A program made the position numbers and the translations under genes. Shown here one piece after another: positions 1-6,998 of a stretch of 64,000 nt of DNA (its first letter is position 1; each line of letters starts with the position of its first letter). The notes beneath the pieces were generated by a model, which saw nothing but the letters and a program-made list of their open reading frames with translations, was not told where the DNA came from and ran no database searches. Source of the stretch: a virus (lineage: Duplodnaviria; Caudoviricetes); the IMG/VR virus record IMGVR_UViG_3300035208_002115. The stretch is one strand, 5' to 3'.

Positions 1-731
1 AATGTTTCTTCTGAAGGAGTTTGACTACTTTTTATATCTTCCAATTCATCTTGTTTCTTCCAATATTCTATCGTGAATTCATAAAGTTCTTCATCAGTGA
101 GGTCTTTCTTCTCCCTGTGCTTATCTAACTGATATTGTAATTTATGAACTTCTCTTTCTAATTTTTCAATATCTTTTGTTAATTTCAAAGCATTTGGACT
201 TTTAATATAATCTATTATTTCAGGTAATTTATCCTGTGGTAATTCCTGTATGTAACAATAAGTAAAATCTGGTATATATGGATTCAATTCTTTTTCTTTA
301 TTAAGAAGTTTTTCAAATTCATCATCAATAGCGTCAGTCCACTGGTCATTCGGTATGTTTTTAAATTCATCCATCTTCTTTTTTATTTCTAAATATTCTT
401 CTAATCGGGGATTCTCAACTTCAAATTTTAACCAAAATGCTAATTCTTCACTCGAATTAACATCAACCCTATCCAAATAGACGTTTGAATATTTTAACAC
501 ATCACCTAAAAATATAGTTGGCCTAACATATACATCATATCCTACACCCAGTCCTTGTGGATAATTAGTTTTTATAAAAGAAACCATTTCTTTATACATA
601 GGATGTTTTGTCGATTCATCAAACCGCTTCATTGAGTCTTCAAATGACCTTTCTTTTGCCATAGAATGTTTAGCATTAAATTGCTTCCAATTTAACATAC
701 TTTCTTGATTGTTCTCTTTTATAAATCTCAT
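1..731 (-). CDS. hypothetical protein, partial (runs off window start)
   Basis: ATG at 731 on the minus strand reads MRFIKENNQESMLNWKQF... and appears open towards position 1; not in the ORF track because it is truncated. Confidence 0.6.
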   Translation of the reverse strand, partial: MRFIKENNQESMLNWKQFNAKHSMAKERSFEDSMKRFDESTKHPMYKEMVSFIKTNYPQGLGVGYDVYVRPTIFLGDVLKYSNVYLDRVDVNSSEELAFWLKFEVENPRLEEYLEIKKKMDEFKNIPNDQWTDAIDDEFEKLLNKEKELNPYIPDFTYCYIQELPQDKLPEIIDYIKSPNALKLTKDIEKLEREVHKLQYQLDKHREKKDLTDEELYEFTIEYWKKQDELEDIKSSQTPSEET

Positions 732-748
732 TATAATATAATAATTTT

Positions 749-1393
749 TTATTTTAATAAATGTCTCCAATAAACCAAAGGTGACCCGTGATAAAATATT
801 GGTTCTTCGTCTTCATCCTCATCATAATCACTACCACCAACAATTTCCTTTATCAACTCACCGTCCTCATATATTTCAACTTTAATAATATCATTAAATT
901 CAATCGACTTGACCCCTATCTCCGAATAACCCATATCATTTTCCTGTATGTAAGACCAATCATCTGGTGACATCATCGATAAATCATTCTTTTCAAATAG
1001 ATTTAAAACATATTCAATTTGACTAATATCTATGTCATTAACACCAATTCCACAAGCTTCCAATATTTCTCTCACAGAACTACTCACATCATATTCTTTA
1101 TCATTCTTTAAATTAGTAAGTTCTTCAATAACTTCATCCCGATAGCCACTTAACCAAACATCACCACCATAATGAGATGTGTTATCTTTTAAATGAACAT
1201 AAAATAAAACACCATCTTTTATTGGAAATTTATAAGCATGTGCTGACGAGGTTTGGCCATTGGCATATGCTATTGCATATGATTTATCTACACTCAAATA
1301 AACTAAAGGTGTGGATAAACCAGTACTTCTGGATTTATTAGGAAGTACCTGTAATAATGAATTATATTCTTCAAAAAGTTTTAGATGTTTCAT
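749..1393 (-). CDS. hypothetical protein with N-terminal MKHLKLFEEY motif; weak ADP-ribosyltransferase-like motifs
   Basis: 214-aa ORF; VYLSxDxxYAxxYA near the N-terminus, FYHGS at the C-terminus. Confidence 0.6.
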   Translation of the reverse strand: MKHLKLFEEYNSLLQVLPNKSRSTGLSTPLVYLSVDKSYAIAYANGQTSSAHAYKFPIKDGVLFYVHLKDNTSHYGGDVWLSGYRDEVIEELTNLKNDKEYDVSSSVREILEACGIGVNDIDISQIEYVLNLFEKNDLSMMSPDDWSYIQENDMGYSEIGVKSIEFNDIIKVEIYEDGELIKEIVGGSDYDEDEDEEPIFYHGSPLVYWRHLLK

Positions 1394-1968
1394 TTAGTTT
1401 TAATAGAATTTTTATCGAAAATAACATATGAATTTTTATCCCCCAACCCAACATCTTCTAAATCTTCTATCTCAGTAGTCGAATATTTTAATCCAACATA
1501 ACCCATTTTGTTTAAAGCCATGTTGATTACCGAACATACATTTGCATATGAATTAAAATTATTATAAATTAAATCATTCTTTTTAAGAACATCATAAAAT
1601 TCTGACCTTGAATCTAATGCCCAACTAAGACGAATATAATCAATATCAGTGTCCTTTGGTAGCTTTCCATCATTATAATCAATAACCTCTTGTAAATACT
1701 TAGAACATATGTTTGTTTTTAAAATATTATCTATATTAAAAAGAATTTTTCTGAATTCAGATGAGGTAAACGGTTTAGTCGTGTCGTATATTTTCCCTTC
1801 AATAACATATTCTCTTATCGTATCTCCGTAAAATTTAGCCACACCTAAATCATCAGTTAAATATAAACCCTTCCCAAATAAATCAACGTTACCACTATTA
1901 TTTTTACCTTCACCCCTTATAAGAGTTAATGGACTATTATATTCTTCAAAAAGTTTAATATATTTCAT
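1390..1968 (-). CDS. putative ADP-ribosyltransferase-like phage protein with MKYIKLFEEY N-terminus
   Basis: LIRGE...FGKGLYLTDD..VAKFYG...MGYVG motifs resemble ART-fold proteins of large phages. Confidence 0.5.
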   Translation of the reverse strand: MKYIKLFEEYNSPLTLIRGEGKNNSGNVDLFGKGLYLTDDLGVAKFYGDTIREYVIEGKIYDTTKPFTSSEFRKILFNIDNILKTNICSKYLQEVIDYNDGKLPKDTDIDYIRLSWALDSRSEFYDVLKKNDLIYNNFNSYANVCSVINMALNKMGYVGLKYSTTEIEDLEDVGLGDKNSYVIFDKNSIKTK

Positions 1969-2034
1969 ACCTGATATATATTAAAAATATAAAACTTTTT
2001 TAGATTTTAAAAATATATTAATAAAAGTATACCG

Positions 2035-2733
2035 ATGTCGTTTGATATAAAAAAATATATTTATAAAACTAAACCTGTGTTTAATAAACACCTTTTATTT
2101 CATCACACATATAATTACGCCTTACAAAAAATATTAAATACAGATACTTTACTGGTCAAACGTACATGTGATAAAGTCACTTCAATTTCTTTCACGAGAT
2201 GTTCATATTATTCAGATGAAAATGATGAAAGAATTGTATTAGATTATAATTTATTGAAAATAGATGGGTATAATACAACACCATATGATGAAGTCGCCAT
2301 TAATTGCAGACGATTTTTGAATAAAGATTCTTTTGAATCTAAAATGAAAGGATATTCTAAAGCTAACCCAGCAACAATCGGAAGATATATAAATAATAAA
2401 TTAAACACAAAAGTACCTAATAAAATGAAATCTGACCCATTGGAGTGGGAATACGAAGAACGCATTTTTAAAGACATAAAAAACCTTGGCAAATATATAA
2501 TCAGTATCGATATAAATATTAATGATTTAAAAGATTCCTCACATTTTATTAAAGATTACATTGATAAATATCCACACATTGAAATCACTATATTCGATGA
2601 ATCAAAACCTTACGATAGAAGATATAAAGTGGATTTTAATGAAATGTATAGTGATTATATTGAATATAGGAACTATATTAAAAAAATGGTAAGTGAAGAT
2701 TTGTTCATACGGTTAATTGTTGATGGTTCATAA
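2035..2733 (+). CDS. hypothetical protein
   Basis: 232-aa ORF followed by a hairpin terminator (about 2758-2792). Confidence 0.7.
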   Translation: MSFDIKKYIYKTKPVFNKHLLFHHTYNYALQKILNTDTLLVKRTCDKVTSISFTRCSYYSDENDERIVLDYNLLKIDGYNTTPYDEVAINCRRFLNKDSFESKMKGYSKANPATIGRYINNKLNTKVPNKMKSDPLEWEYEERIFKDIKNLGKYIISIDININDLKDSSHFIKDYIDKYPHIEITIFDESKPYDRRYKVDFNEMYSDYIEYRNYIKKMVSEDLFIRLIVDGS

Positions 2734-2852
2734 AAGGGCTATGTTATAGGTAATTGTTTGTCCAGTTTTTATTATTAAAAACTGGACATTTTTATTTTAA
2801 AAATACCAACTTTTCAATCACACCAGAATATATTGAGAAATAGAATTTTCAA

Positions 2853-3281
2853 ATGGCTATACTCAATTACACCACTTCAATAAAATGTGAAAAGACATTA
2901 ATGGAAATACAACAATGTCTGGTTAAACACGGTGCAACTAAAATTGTAACCGATTATAATAATCAAATACCAATAGCTGTCACGTTTTGTCTTACAATAA
3001 ATGATAAACTGATAGCTTATTCACTACCAGCTAATTATAAAGGTGTCCTGAATTCTATGAAAAAAGACCATAAAGTCCCTCGGAAATTAGTAACAGATGA
3101 ACAAGCTCTCCGAGTTAGCTGGAGAATTATAAAGGATTGGGTAGAAGCTCAATGTGCAATAGTAGATGCTCAACTGGCTGACGTGGCCGAAGTATTCCTA
3201 CCATACGCTGTTGCAAAAAGTGGTAAAACTCTTTATAATGAGATTAAAGATGGTGGAATGAAAATGTTGATGGAAGGGTAG
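2853..3281 (+). CDS. hypothetical phage protein
   Basis: 142-aa ORF (..RVSWRIIKDWVEAQ..EVFLPY..), directly upstream of iscB. Confidence 0.7.
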   Translation: MAILNYTTSIKCEKTLMEIQQCLVKHGATKIVTDYNNQIPIAVTFCLTINDKLIAYSLPANYKGVLNSMKKDHKVPRKLVTDEQALRVSWRIIKDWVEAQCAIVDAQLADVAEVFLPYAVAKSGKTLYNEIKDGGMKMLMEG

Positions 3282-3339
3282 ATTTTTTTATTTAATATTT
3301 TTTATTTACTTTCGTATATTATTTTTTATTTAATTTTAT

Positions 3340-4929
3340 ATGAAGAACAACCCAATTTATGTTATAGATTTCAACGGGCAACCATTAATGCCAACATTCA
3401 GATATGGTAAGGTTCGTCATATGCTTAAAAATAACCAAGCAAAAATAATAAAAAGAGACCCATTCTTTACTATTCAATTATTAACAAACACATCGTCATA
3501 TATACAGTATATTATTGGTGGTATAGATATTGGTGAAACCGTTGGAATATCGGTAATAAACCCAAAAAATAATACTGAAATATTGTCTGCCGAATTAAAA
3601 ACACGTAGTAAAGATATTCCAGATAAACTTAAAGAAAAAACTCAATATAGAAGAACCCGAAGAAATCATTTAAGATATAGAACAAAAAGATTTGAGAATA
3701 GGAAATCTTCATTAGGTAAATGTAAAGTGTGTGGTGGTAATACTAAAAGTGGAAAAGAATTTTGCTCAACATGCTTAGATACAGTTAATGGTAATCATAA
3801 TGCTTATAAAGATATTTCTAAAACTACATCACAAAAAAGACTTGCACCAAGCGTAAATCATTTAATTGATGCCAATCATAAAATTATAAATAAAATAAAT
3901 GAAATATTACCTATTAAAGAAGAAAATTGGATATACGAAAAAGTTAAATTCGATATACAGAAAATAGAAAATATTGATATATCAGGTGTTGGATATCAGC
4001 AAGGTGATATGTTTGGTTTTTCAAGTTTGAGAGAATATATATTAGAAAGAGATGAACATACATGTCAAAACCCCAACTGTAAACATAAGAATATTAAAAA
4101 CCTAAAAAAAGGTGAAAATGTTTATTTGAAAAATAATATTACATTAGTAACACATCATATAATATTCAGACATCTTGGTGGCACAGATAAACCAAGTAAT
4201 TATATTACGTTGTGTACTGATTGTCATATACCAACAAATCATCTAAAGGGTTATTTTTTATATGATTGGTGTATAAAAAAGAAAAAAGTTAAAAGTGATT
4301 ATAAAGCTGCTACTAAAATGAATGTGGTCGCTTCTTCTTTTGATGAAAAAAAGAATTTTATACCCACGTTTGGTTCTGAAACAAAAAGAAAAAGACAATT
4401 GATTGGTTTAGATAAAACCCATTCGAATGATGCCCTTTCTATTTGTATAGATAAAAATAATTTTGATTTGATTGATGATTCTGGAAAAAAGAAAGTTGTT
4501 TTAAAACGAGATTTCAATTTAAAAAAAATAGAACATCCTGATTATCTTATTCAAACAAATGGTCGTTCTAATGGTAGACGAGCATTAAGTACATTTCAGG
4601 ATTCTAAATATATTGATATCAGAGATGGAAAAGAAAAATCAGGAAAAGAGTTATCAAAAGAAATGGATAAACGAACACTTATAAATAATAATAGAATTTA
4701 TAGGGGAAAGAAAACAAGTAAAGGTTCTTTTGTTAAAAGAACTGGTATAAGTGAATTTCCAAATAATTCAATTATCGAATTTACATATAATGGTAAACAT
4801 TTTATTAAAGTGTGTGGTGGTGTAACTGGATATAATGTATATGTTAAAGATTTCGAGAAAAAAACAGTTGCAATAAAAAAATGTAATGTAAAAATAATCT
4901 GTAAAAGAAAAGGTGTTATTAAAAAATAA
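3340..4929 (+). CDS. iscB: IscB RNA-guided endonuclease (OMEGA; CRISPR-associated), 529 aa
   Basis: N-terminal GQPLMP; RuvC-I GIDIG (D63); Arg-rich bridge helix RRTRRNHLRYR; RuvC-II IYEKVKFD; HNH THHI..RHLGGTD..SNYITLCTDCH; RuvC-III KTHSNDA; extra CxxC-x10-CxxC insert after the bridge helix. Confidence 0.95.
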   Translation: MKNNPIYVIDFNGQPLMPTFRYGKVRHMLKNNQAKIIKRDPFFTIQLLTNTSSYIQYIIGGIDIGETVGISVINPKNNTEILSAELKTRSKDIPDKLKEKTQYRRTRRNHLRYRTKRFENRKSSLGKCKVCGGNTKSGKEFCSTCLDTVNGNHNAYKDISKTTSQKRLAPSVNHLIDANHKIINKINEILPIKEENWIYEKVKFDIQKIENIDISGVGYQQGDMFGFSSLREYILERDEHTCQNPNCKHKNIKNLKKGENVYLKNNITLVTHHIIFRHLGGTDKPSNYITLCTDCHIPTNHLKGYFLYDWCIKKKKVKSDYKAATKMNVVASSFDEKKNFIPTFGSETKRKRQLIGLDKTHSNDALSICIDKNNFDLIDDSGKKKVVLKRDFNLKKIEHPDYLIQTNGRSNGRRALSTFQDSKYIDIRDGKEKSGKELSKEMDKRTLINNNRIYRGKKTSKGSFVKRTGISEFPNNSIIEFTYNGKHFIKVCGGVTGYNVYVKDFEKKTVAIKKCNVKIICKRKGVIKK

Positions 4930-4967
4930 TTTTTTTATATCATTATTTTTTTTATTTTTACATTTAA

Positions 4968-4976
4968 GTTCTTTGA
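4968..4976 (+). promoter_or_regulatory. boxA-like antitermination element upstream of the CRISPR array
   Basis: GTTCTTTGA; the same 9-mer recurs at 6232 and 6585 inside the tRNA cluster. Confidence 0.5.
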
Positions 4977-5032
4977 AATTTTGTTAAATATCGATTAAGC
5001 AGTCACACCTTAAAAATGCGACTTTGTAACTT

Positions 5033-5504
5033 GTTGTGTATTGCTTTCAATTAATTAAGTAATTCAGTTATATAGTTGTGTATTGCTTTCAATTGATTGG
5101 GTAACTCAGTGGAGCAATATTTATATTAAATCAAAGCAGGGTTGTGTATTGCTTTCAATTGATTGGGTAACTCAGTATAAAATAATAGAATTAGAAAAGC
5201 GGTTAAGTTGTGTATTGCTTTCAATTGATTGGGTAACTCAGTGGTTGCTATTGATGGCATCGTGTTAGCTTTGTTGTGTATTGCTTTCAATTGATTGGGT
5301 AACTCAGTTTCTTCTTAGCAAGTTTAGTCGCATTCAGTGTTGTGTATTGCTTTCAATTGATTGGGTAACTCAGTTTATATCAGGTTTTACAAATGTGGCA
5401 ACGTTGTGTATTGCTTTCAATTGATTGGGTAACTCAGTAAGATATCTATGGTGATGAACCTTGGGATAGTTGTGTATTGCTTTCAATTGATTGGGTAACT
5501 CAGT
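5033..5504 (+). CRISPR. CRISPR array, 8 x 36-nt repeats GTTGTGTATTGCTTTCAATTGATTGGGTAACTCAGT
   Basis: Repeats start at 5033 (degenerate, 4 mismatches), 5075, 5141, 5207, 5273, 5339, 5403, 5469; spacers of 6, 30, 30, 30, 30, 28 and 30 nt. Confidence 0.98.
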
Positions 5505-5790
5505 ATAGCAATAAACAAATCGTTGTTAATCAATCATTTGAAACTAAAATCCGATGTAAAAAATCGAATTTTTTGAACACATTTAGACTAAGAGAAAGGA
5601 TTTTTCCAATCCTAATATCTACGTTATGTTAGAATGTGGATTAAACCACAAATAGGTACGTTAGTGTGATTCCCAAGCACTATCTTCTACGGTTGTTTTT
5701 TAAACATCTCTGTGCAATAGGAGAAGTGAAAACAACAATAAACCTAACAATAACTTTGTCAAAGGGAACTAACAGGATTTATTCCTGATT
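5505..5790 (+). ncRNA. omegaRNA/HEARO-like scaffold with 5' anti-repeat segments (tracr-like), contiguous with the last CRISPR repeat
   Basis: Ordered omegaRNA-type motifs AGACTAAG, CTACGTT, ATAGGTAC, CCCAAG, TCTACG, TAAACA, AGTG, AAACC, ATAACTTTGTCAAAGGG; 5507-5518 and 5525-5543 are complementary to the repeat; boundaries approximate. Confidence 0.8.
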
Positions 5791-5818
5791 TATTGATATT
5801 TAACAATTTCAAAGAAAT

Positions 5819-5857
5819 AATAAAAGCAGATGATTTATTTATCTGCTTTTATTTTTT
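5819..5857 (+). terminator. intrinsic terminator closing the CRISPR-omegaRNA transcript
   Basis: 13-bp stem AATAAAAGCAGAT/ATCTGCTTTTATT followed by a T-run. Confidence 0.75.
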
Positions 5858-5877
5858 AAAAATAATTGCAACAAAAA

Positions 5878-5908
5878 TTTGTTTATATCGTAATAAGTAT
5901 TACATTTG
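5878..5908 (+). promoter_or_regulatory. Bacteroidota sigma-A-type promoter for the tRNA operon
   Basis: TTTG (5878-5881), 19 nt, TACATTTG (5901-5908); matches the -33 TTTG / -7 TAnnTTTG consensus. Confidence 0.7.
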
Positions 5909-5984
5909 CAAAGTCAAAATGGAAAAAAGTGACCTTTTTGACTTAATATATAAGAAAACAAAAACAAATTTAAAATAACGCAAA

Positions 5985-6071
5985 ATGCTACTTTGTAATT
6001 TATATAATATGTATCTTAATAACTTAGAGAATGATAAAACTCTGGGCAGGGATATACTATGTATAAGTTAA
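5985..6071 (+). CDS. putative attenuator leader peptide MLLCNLYNMYLNNLENDKTLGRDILCIS (28 aa)
   Basis: ATG 5985 to TAA 6071 between the promoter and a terminator; overlaps GGCAGGG (6045-6051), which can pair with the terminator 5' arm. Confidence 0.7.
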   Translation: MLLCNLYNMYLNNLENDKTLGRDILCIS

Positions 6072-6100
6072 AAGCGGTAAAGCATTAAAATATACAACGG

Positions 6101-6130
6101 AAACCCTGCCAGATTTGGCAGGGTTTTTTT
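6101..6130 (+). terminator. intrinsic terminator / attenuator just before the first tRNA
   Basis: AAACCCTGCCA-GATT-TGGCAGGGTTT plus T-run; alternative pairing available with 6042-6051. Confidence 0.85.
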
Positions 6131-6139
6131 GTTTTATAC

Positions 6140-6220
6140 GGCTTCATGGTGGAATGGCAGACACGTTAGTCTTAGGAACTAATACCGAAAGGCGTGAGGG
6201 TTCAAGTCCCTCTGAAGTCA
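6140..6220 (+). tRNA. tRNA-Leu(UAG)
   Basis: GGCTTCA/TGAAGTC acceptor stem, loop CTTAGGA, long variable arm, GGTTCAAGTCC T-arm. Confidence 0.93.
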
Positions 6221-6365
6221 CTAAAAAAAGAGTTCTTTGAAGAAATAAGGTTAGTAATCTGGACGCTTAACCAGCAGAAGGGTGAAGTTTCCTTGGAAGA
6301 AATTGATACAAACAGGCTTTGGTGGTTCTTAGCAATGTGTTGATAAAGTGACCGAAAACATAAAT

Positions 6366-6438
6366 GGAGCGTGTGGCGTAATTGGTAACGTGTATCCCTG
6401 TCACGGATAAGTTCGGGGTTCGAGTCCCCCACGCTCCG
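6366..6438 (+). tRNA. tRNA-Asp(GUC)
   Basis: GGAGCGT/ACGCTCC stem, loop CTGTCAC, GTTCGAGTC. Confidence 0.9.
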
Positions 6439-6446
6439 CTTAATTT

Positions 6447-6521
6447 GGTGCATTGGGCTTCGAGAAGGAGAACATGGTTGTCACCCATGTAAAATTAACG
6501 GATTGTCACCGTTATGCACCG
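6447..6521 (+). tRNA. atypical tRNA-Asp(GUC)-like RNA
   Basis: Perfect GGTGCAT/ATGCACC acceptor stem and CATGG-TTGTCAC-CCATG anticodon arm, but non-canonical D arm and T loop. Confidence 0.55.
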
Positions 6522-6650
6522 CTTAAAATTCACAAAATGTGATTTACAAATTGTGAATTCTCGATTTGCTAATTGCGAATCGATGTTCTTTGACGTATTG
6601 GGAAAAGGTATTTAAAATACGCCAGTGTGGATAGGTTCACACTGGTAAAT

Positions 6651-6724
6651 GGGGGTGTAGCGTAGTTGGTTAGCGCAACTGACTGTTAATCAGTAGGTCG
6701 TAGGTTCAAGTCCTACCACCCCCG
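6651..6724 (+). tRNA. tRNA-Asn(GUU)
   Basis: GGGGGTG/CACCCCC stem, loop CTGTTAA. Confidence 0.93.
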
Positions 6725-6732
6725 CATAAAAT

Positions 6733-6817
6733 TTCGTTGTGGCAGAGTGGTCAATTGCAACAGGCTCATATCCTGTGGTTAGAAATAACTTCGTGGGTTC
6801 GAATCCCACTGACGAGA
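6733..6817 (+). tRNA. tRNA with CAU anticodon (Met/Ile2) and long variable arm
   Basis: ACAGG-CTCATAT-CCTGT anticodon arm, variable arm GGTTAGAAATAACTTC, GGTTCGAATCC T-arm. Confidence 0.8.
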
Positions 6818-6824
6818 CAATAAT

Positions 6825-6896
6825 GGACATGTAGCTCAGAGGCAGAGCGACACCCTGTTAAGGTGAGGGTCGGGATTTCGATATTCTCCTTGTCCG
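6825..6896 (+). tRNA. tRNA-Asn(GUU)
   Basis: GGACATG/CTTGTCC stem, loop CTGTTAA, T loop TTCGATA. Confidence 0.8.
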
Positions 6897-6910
6897 CTTT
6901 TTAAAATATA

Positions 6911-6998
6911 TGCGAGGTGGTGTAACTGTTAACACGCTTGGCTCATAACCAAGAGACATCAAATGCTTGTGTGGGTTAGAATCCCACCTTCGCTCCCA
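6911..6998 (+). tRNA. tRNA with CAU anticodon (Met/Ile2), extended variable region, encoded CCA
   Basis: CTTGG-CTCATAA-CCAAG; GTGGG-TTAGAAT-CCCAC. Confidence 0.75.

Noticed and set aside
3340-4929. Calling the nuclease Cas9
   Set aside because: It is only 529 aa, retains the PLMP domain, lacks a full REC lobe and is paired with an omegaRNA-like scaffold, so IscB fits better
5083-5268. 61-aa ORF with repeated LLSIDWVTQ
   Set aside because: It is a translation of the CRISPR repeats
3282-5857. Active IS200/IS605 transposon
   Set aside because: No tnpA and no recognisable terminal hairpins; the layout looks domesticated, although ends cannot be excluded by eye
5793-5978. 61-aa ORF
   Set aside because: TTG start, and it spans a terminator and a promoter; probably spurious
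6202-6488. Minus-strand ORFs of 83 and 73 aa
   Set aside because: Antisense to tRNA genes
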